Notes under the pieces: generated by a model
What the model was told of the DNA's origin: nothing
Seen by the model: the letters and a program-made list of their open reading frames with translations, nothing else
Database searches by the model: none
Program-made: the position numbers and the translations under genes
Origin: Candidatus Cloacimonadales bacterium
GTDB taxonomy: Bacteria > Cloacimonadota > Cloacimonadia > Cloacimonadales > JAIOQZ01
Direction: 5' to 3'
Assembly: GCA_963662655.2 (NCBI GenBank)
Contig: CAXXTU010000002.1
Coordinates: 3,008,001 to 3,072,000 of the forward strand
DNA: 64,000 nucleotides
Part shown: positions 58,562 to 64,000 of the stretch, in pieces
Numbering within the stretch: the first letter of the stretch is position 1
How the letters are laid out: the number at the start of each line of letters is the position of its first letter

Positions 58562-61500
58562 TTATTTCAGAAGCATCATCTTCCGGATTTCCGAATAATC
58601 GCTGGTTTTCAAGCGATAGAAGTAAATACCGCTGGCAACAGGGCGTCCCGTGCTGTCGTCTCCGCGCCATACGATATGGTCATCACCGGTAACAACACGT
58701 TCCGTAAACAGGGTTTTAACCTTCTGTCCCTTGATGTTGTATATGGTAAGCGATGCTTTGACCAGGTCGCCGTAAGTTCCCTTGATGCTGAATTTGATGT
58801 CCGTTTGCGGATTGAACGGATTCGGGAAGTTTCCACGAAGGTTCGTAACCTCACAGACAGGTACAGGTATTTCACCATCTTCCGTCACGATAGCGCTAAC
58901 AGGACCGTGGAACGAAGAATAACCGTTATTCTGATAGCTCTCAATCCAGTAGAAGTACATGGTGTTCTCTTCAGTATCGGTATCTTCGAATGTGTACCCG
59001 GATTCCTGGGTCGTATTGAAGGCTTCGATCATGCTTGGCGTGAGGCGAATCGCATCCGCAACCTCCGGCGTCTCCGAGCGAAGTACGTGGTAACCCTGCA
59101 TGTCGCTTTCGGTTTGGACAGACCAGGTGAGAAGAACACTGCCTGTATTGCTTGGAGCAGCCATGAACGAAGCGAATGTTACGGGAAGTGTCTGGCCCGG
59201 ATCGAGCGCGCCAGGCGTTCCGTTATCCGAATCATCGGTCAGCCATTCATCCTCTGTGTTGTGAACAAATTTCGTGTCCGCAGGAACGTTCGGTGTGCTG
59301 CCGAGAGAGCTTGCGCGCGTTGTTGGGTCAAACAAGTCGTAGGCCGCACCGCTGGTTAAACCGAGCGTCGTGCTTCCTGAAATGTAGTTCACGGTTTCGG
59401 TAATTCCCCAAGCTGCGGTGAATGCGGCGTAATCAGCGCCACCGCCGATCAGAAGGAAATACCCCGGGCGAATAGTGGTTCCATCCGGAATGGTGTAATA
59501 CGTTCCGGTTGGTGTGAAGTTGCCCATGCCGTCATCTGTACCGACACGAATCTGGAATCCACTCAAGTCGACGGTGTAGCCGACATTTGTCTTGAGCTCT
59601 ATGTAGCCGGTTGCTTCGTTCTCACCAGTCTTGTTGTCGCAGACCTCGGTGATAAATGTGTTTTCGGCAGTGGCCGGTGATTCGGAGACCATTACATCAT
59701 CGATACAAACGCCATAACCGTAGTCGGTAAGGCCTTCAAAGGCTATCCAGTATGTTGATGAAAGGTTTGGAAGGTCAATAACGCGAACTTGCCACGTGGC
59801 TACCGCGCCATCATAGTATTGCAATTCATTCCATGCTCCACCCGCCGTGTTTTTGTAGTACACGGTAAGAACGTCCTGATCGCTTCCCCATGGGACCTGA
59901 GCGTGTGCGAACGTCATGTGAGCGCAACCAACGCCGGTGAAATCGAGCTGTGGGGTGATCAATTTGGTTGATGTGTTCGTATAGCTGGCCAGCGACAGGC
60001 ATGCGTTATATTCACCGCTGTGCGCTGAGGACGGGTTATTGGAGCCACCGCCATTCCGGAATGTCCAGTCGTTGGTTCCCATATTGTATTCCTGCGTCCA
60101 GGCCGAAGGCATGTTTCCGCCGTTCTCAAAGTCCTCCGACCATGGAAGAGTCGTGTCAAACGGGTCGGCTTCGACGGTGAAATACCAATCGGGACAATCG
60201 CTGGCAAGGCCGTTGTTGTTATAAGGTACTACCTCCCAGTAGTAGGTCATGCCATATAGAAGGTCATCAAAGCCATCGTCGCTTGGGTCGTATGATGTCA
60301 CGTTGCCAAGGTCTTTATCCTGGCAAATATAATTATTGGCACGAGTGCCATCGTCGTACCACATGCTCATCCTGTATCCGTTTGCGCCGGCCGCTGCACT
60401 CCAGCTGAGGTTTGTATGGTATCCTATGTTCGTTGCGCCGATAATCGGAGTAGGATTGGATGCAGGGTCTGGGGCGGAGCCGACGTTGTAGATCATTACA
60501 TCGTCGACGCAAGCGCCATAGCCATAACCTTGCAAGGCATCAAACGCGATCCAGTATGTCGAGGTGGGATTCGGAAGCTCGACGCTTTCATGGGTCCAGC
60601 TTTCAATTGATGTGGTGAATTCCTGGCCCGGCAACAAGGTCCATGCTCCGGACGGTGAATTCTTGTAGTATACCCGTAATTCGTCCTGGTCAGGACTCCA
60701 TTCGAACTGGCAATGATAGTAGTCGAGGAAAGGGCTGGCAACATCGGTAAAGTCGATCATGGGTGTGATAAGTCTGGTTCGATACATAGTCGAGCTATTA
60801 CCGTAGTAGAAGCAGGCGTTGTACGAGCCGCTATGGGGGGCGCCTGGATTGCCGTCTTCTCCACCGTACTGGAAGGTCCAGTCGTTCGTTCCATTCACGA
60901 AATCCTGTGTCCAGCCAAAAGGAATGGCTCCACCATTTTCAAAGCCCTGGTTGTAAGGCAGGTCTCCCGAGTAGATTGTTTGGTCTTCCATCGTTGTGAA
61001 GCTTTCTGTTGTGCAGCCAGATGAGACACCTTTGCCATTGTATGCCTCAACATACCAGTAATAAGTTGTCTCATAGGGTAATGGTGATGAAATGGGGAAT
61101 TCATCGGTGAAGCCGATATTGACCCCGTTATAGATATTGGTCGGTGGATCGTCCGTGCCGAAGTATATATTGTAACCGAGAGGTACATTGTTGGCATGTG
61201 TCCAGCTGAGCGTCGGCATTGTAGAGGCGCCTGTCACGCCGGCAACAGGAGCAACCAGGACAGGGCAATCCGGAGCAGCAGTAACTTCCTGTATCAGTAT
61301 GTCATCGAGCATGAGAAAGGTGTCGGTGCCATCTGTTCCAGGAGTTGCATAGTTCATGCCAATGAAGAAAGGTCCAGCGCCGGTTGGGGTAAACTCAATG
61401 GCGAATGGCTCATAAGCGCCGTTCTCCGGAAGAATGCCGCCAAGGATAGGATTGACCATCGAAGCCGAGTTTTGTGAATCTCCCCACCAGATGCTGAAAG

Positions 61501-62689
61501 TCTGGCTTCCATACAATGCTGCATAGTAGCACATCAGCTGATAGGTGCTGCCGGGCGTGAAATCGAATGCGGGTGTGTAGGCCCAGTCATCGGCGGTCGA
61601 TGGCGTATTGGAGTTGATCCCTGCAGAGTATGAACCGGAATTAGGGAAGCCCGTGTACAGGCTCCAGTTCTGGTTGTCGCCGTTCTCATTGACGATATAC
61701 CAGTAGGGCGCAGCTGCCTCGAAGTCTTGTGAATAGGGCAGCGTCAACGGGCTGTAGGTCGTGAAAGACCATACCGGGCAATCCAAGGCGTCGCCATTGT
61801 CATTGCTTGGAACAACCTGCCAGTAGTAGGTGGTTCCGAAGTTCAGGGTTGCGGGGATATAGCTGGTATTGGGATATTGATCCGTACCGTTCACGATGTT
61901 TGTGGGGGGATTGTCCGTACCGAAATAGAGATAATATGCCGTAGGTCCGCCGCCACCTGATTCCCACATAAGCGCGGTATTGATATCGACACCATCCTCT
62001 GCCTGGTCTGGCTGAATCTGCATTGCACATTCCGGAGGAGTAACTACCTCTTCGGCGTAGATATGCACGTCATCCACACACCAGTAGTATCCATACGTAC
62101 CGGTGTAATGCCACATCACTTTCACCTGGCTGCTTCCGGCAGCGATGGCTGTTATATCATAAGAAAGCAGCGTGGCATTGGTTGGTATTGTAGATGTCCA
62201 AGTCTGAAGGTCTGTCCATGAGGCTCCGTTATTGCCACTGACAGAAACTGTCGCTGAGCTTGCATAGTGCCTGTAATAGTGCTCGAACTCGAGCGTAATC
62301 TCATAGCCTGTAAAGCTGGAACAATCGATCGCGGAAGTGATCAGATCGGCATCCTGGGTGTGGCCTGATCCGTATTCATCGCTATCCAAAATAGCAAAGC
62401 CGTTTGCATTCGTCGTTGAATTGAATGTTCTGCCAGCGGGATTGTCGAATTCCCAAATCTGACCTTCGCCTTCATGATCGATGTTTTCCCAGCCGGCTGG
62501 TAAACCGCTGGAAAAATCCTCAGTCAGGATGTCGGTTACAGATGCACGAGTATGAGTCGATCGGGGAGTATGCGCAGTTTCTTTTCCCCAGTACTCTTTT
62601 TGGATGTTGGGCATCTTATCCTTGGATACTGCCGTAAGGGCAGCAAACACAAGGAACACAGCGATGAAAACAAACATTGTTTTTTTCAT
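58562..62689 (-). CDS. 1375-aa secreted multidomain protein (cleaved-adhesin/MAM-like and FN3-like repeats, lamin-tail-like domain) with a FlgD-Ig/T9SS-type CTD
   Basis: ATG 62689 after AAGGAG; signal peptide; YFGTD.PPTNI.NG twice; FITEV...YIEL....VDLSG; TLPVTFASF; NFPNPFNP...RKMMLLK. Confidence 0.88.
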   Translation of the reverse strand: MKKTMFVFIAVFLVFAALTAVSKDKMPNIQKEYWGKETAHTPRSTHTRASVTDILTEDFSSGLPAGWENIDHEGEGQIWEFDNPAGRTFNSTTNANGFAILDSDEYGSGHTQDADLITSAIDCSSFTGYEITLEFEHYYRHYASSATVSVSGNNGASWTDLQTWTSTIPTNATLLSYDITAIAAGSSQVKVMWHYTGTYGYYWCVDDVHIYAEEVVTPPECAMQIQPDQAEDGVDINTALMWESGGGGPTAYYLYFGTDNPPTNIVNGTDQYPNTSYIPATLNFGTTYYWQVVPSNDNGDALDCPVWSFTTYSPLTLPYSQDFEAAAPYWYIVNENGDNQNWSLYTGFPNSGSYSAGINSNTPSTADDWAYTPAFDFTPGSTYQLMCYYAALYGSQTFSIWWGDSQNSASMVNPILGGILPENGAYEPFAIEFTPTGAGPFFIGMNYATPGTDGTDTFLMLDDILIQEVTAAPDCPVLVAPVAGVTGASTMPTLSWTHANNVPLGYNIYFGTDDPPTNIYNGVNIGFTDEFPISSPLPYETTYYWYVEAYNGKGVSSGCTTESFTTMEDQTIYSGDLPYNQGFENGGAIPFGWTQDFVNGTNDWTFQYGGEDGNPGAPHSGSYNACFYYGNSSTMYRTRLITPMIDFTDVASPFLDYYHCQFEWSPDQDELRVYYKNSPSGAWTLLPGQEFTTSIESWTHESVELPNPTSTYWIAFDALQGYGYGACVDDVMIYNVGSAPDPASNPTPIIGATNIGYHTNLSWSAAAGANGYRMSMWYDDGTRANNYICQDKDLGNVTSYDPSDDGFDDLLYGMTYYWEVVPYNNNGLASDCPDWYFTVEADPFDTTLPWSEDFENGGNMPSAWTQEYNMGTNDWTFRNGGGSNNPSSAHSGEYNACLSLASYTNTSTKLITPQLDFTGVGCAHMTFAHAQVPWGSDQDVLTVYYKNTAGGAWNELQYYDGAVATWQVRVIDLPNLSSTYWIAFEGLTDYGYGVCIDDVMVSESPATAENTFITEVCDNKTGENEATGYIELKTNVGYTVDLSGFQIRVGTDDGMGNFTPTGTYYTIPDGTTIRPGYFLLIGGGADYAAFTAAWGITETVNYISGSTTLGLTSGAAYDLFDPTTRASSLGSTPNVPADTKFVHNTEDEWLTDDSDNGTPGALDPGQTLPVTFASFMAAPSNTGSVLLTWSVQTESDMQGYHVLRSETPEVADAIRLTPSMIEAFNTTQESGYTFEDTDTEENTMYFYWIESYQNNGYSSFHGPVSAIVTEDGEIPVPVCEVTNLRGNFPNPFNPQTDIKFSIKGTYGDLVKASLTIYNIKGQKVKTLFTERVVTGDDHIVWRGDDSTGRPVASGIYFYRLKTSDYSEIRKMMLLK

Positions 62690-62874
62690 AGCTTCTTCTC
62701 CTTTACGTATGTATTTTCTGTGTGGAAACATTCTTGAATTTGCCAAATAACGAAACGCATTTTTAAAAAAGATAACCGCATAACAATAACAACCTCTCTC
62801 ATATCTCCTTGTATGACTGATGGTTAACGCTCTGCAATATGGATTGCGACACACACAACCCTTTCAATAAATCA

Positions 62875-62904
62875 ATTATAAGGGGTTTGTAAAATTATTG
62901 TCAA
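62875..62904 (-). promoter_or_regulatory. consensus sigma-70 promoter
   Basis: Minus strand TTGACA-18 bp-TATAAT, about 180 nt upstream of ATG 62689. Confidence 0.7.
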
Positions 62905-62952
62905 ATATTTTTTATTCTGAGAAAACGCAACATGTGATGGAGCTAAAATGAA

Positions 62953-63987
62953 CTATTCTTCAGATTTATAGCCTGCTTTCTCCCATCCGGTATAACCGGC
63001 ATGCATGTGATAGATACATGCCAGGCCCATATCCCGAAGCGCTTCCAGGGCCTTCGCGCTCCTCACGCCGCTTTTACAGTAAACCAGGCAGCAACCTCCG
63101 TGAATCGTCCGGGCAAATCTGTCTGAGAATCCGGAATCGAGGATATCGATGTTCACTGCGTTCGGGAGGTGACCGCTTTCAAATTCTTCCGGCGTACGAA
63201 CGTCTAAAACGAAGACTTCACGACCCGACTCGATGATTTTGAGCGCTTCTTCCGGAGTAACATCGATTAAATCGGTTACGGCCGTCGACCTTTTCTCGAC
63301 CTTGAGAGCAACTGCTCCGAATATATTCATGCTCCTGCTTTCAACTGACACCCAGATAGATTCACGGATGTCTTCACTCAATCTGGATGTGTCAATATCA
63401 ACCCGCATCCATCCCGATTCACCCGAGCCGAGAACTTCCGGTATAAAGCGGACGATGGCGTGTTTCAACGAGTCTCTCAGCGAAAGCCTCAAAGTGTCGC
63501 CGCAACAGTTTTTCATGCGGAAGCATTCACTTATGTATAATGTATGGGGCGAGTACGGGATTGTTATCGTGTTTTCCTTGATGAGAAGATGCCCGATGGT
63601 CTTGCGGAACTTGTTCGGATCGGGGATGACCGTACCGTCGATCGAGAGCTCGACATCGGGGATATTTTCAGCAAAAACCACGCGAGCGTTCTTTCTGAAA
63701 TCCCCCGGGCGATCGTCGGGATCGTATGAGATGCGAACTTCACCCGATTCTCCAGGGGGGATGGACCCGGCTGACCAACCGGAAGATGTGCATCCGCATG
63801 TCGCAATTACATCGCGGATCCTCACGGGGGAGTCGGACAGATTCTTGAATGGGAAAACAACTTCGCTTGGCCCGGTTTCCTCGAGGATCAGGCCGTAGCG
63901 GTGTTCGGTAAAATCGAACTCAACGCCTTGAGCGATGAGCGTGCCCAGGAGGAGTGTCAGGAATGGAATGAGAAGAAATCGTTTCAT
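62953..63987 (-). CDS. secreted DUF1573 (CGC motif)-rhodanese fusion protein
   Basis: Signal peptide; F.FKN....V.I..V.ATCGCT......I.PGE.G.V...YDP..RPG.F.K; C-terminal LDVRTPEEF..GHL..A.NI...YCKSGVRS. The start is near the window edge (alternative 63999). Confidence 0.82.
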   Translation of the reverse strand: MKRFLLIPFLTLLLGTLIAQGVEFDFTEHRYGLILEETGPSEVVFPFKNLSDSPVRIRDVIATCGCTSSGWSAGSIPPGESGEVRISYDPDDRPGDFRKNARVVFAENIPDVELSIDGTVIPDPNKFRKTIGHLLIKENTITIPYSPHTLYISECFRMKNCCGDTLRLSLRDSLKHAIVRFIPEVLGSGESGWMRVDIDTSRLSEDIRESIWVSVESRSMNIFGAVALKVEKRSTAVTDLIDVTPEEALKIIESGREVFVLDVRTPEEFESGHLPNAVNIDILDSGFSDRFARTIHGGCCLVYCKSGVRSAKALEALRDMGLACIYHMHAGYTGWEKAGYKSEE

Positions 63988-64000
63988 TGTTTGTCCCATG

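Noticed and set aside
1..64000. CRISPR array, rRNA, tRNA, prophage or integron
   Set aside because: No regularly spaced repeats, RNA gene signatures, integrase or phage genes were recognised by eye.

Overview
Bacterial chromosomal window. It is probably from a Cloacimonadota-like (FCB-superphylum) organism; this is inferred from the many secreted proteins ending in a 'PNPFNP...G(I/V)Y(F/V)Y.L...KM(L/I/V)(L/M)L(K/R)' FlgD-Ig/T9SS-type C-terminal domain (CTD). From left to right: (1) the tail of a fabH-ACP-SDR-acyltransferase-deacetylase-like cluster; (2) a 1357-aa repeat-rich CTD surface protein; (3) rpmE-DUF1385-prfA-CNNM-guaD-FTCD; (4) a low-GC HEPN-like gene split by a full-length ISL3 element (24-bp inverted repeats, 8-bp target duplication, transposase with one in-frame TAG); (5) secF/secD, DUF3467, coaD and an Xaa-Pro aminopeptidase; (6) a YtrA-type GntR/ABC operon; (7) a long minus-strand housekeeping run including glyQ, pgsA, a degenerate FtsEX-like pair, nadA, dut, ispA, xseB and thiN; (8) a MacAB-like operon with a sigma-54 promoter and tandem enhancer-like palindromes; (9) a 17-kb minus-strand array of large acidic secreted proteins, followed by a DUF1573-rhodanese fusion. 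The most interesting hypothesis concerns that array. A 1467-aa CTD-less adhesin ends in an FN3-like domain that lacks its last strand, and the next gene's mature N-terminus (LESEPSDVV) looks like that missing strand. The gene after it carries a CTD. This suggests a three-part surface assembly held together by donor-strand complementation. No rRNA, tRNA, CRISPR array or reverse transcriptase was seen. All family names come from motif recognition by eye, not database searches.
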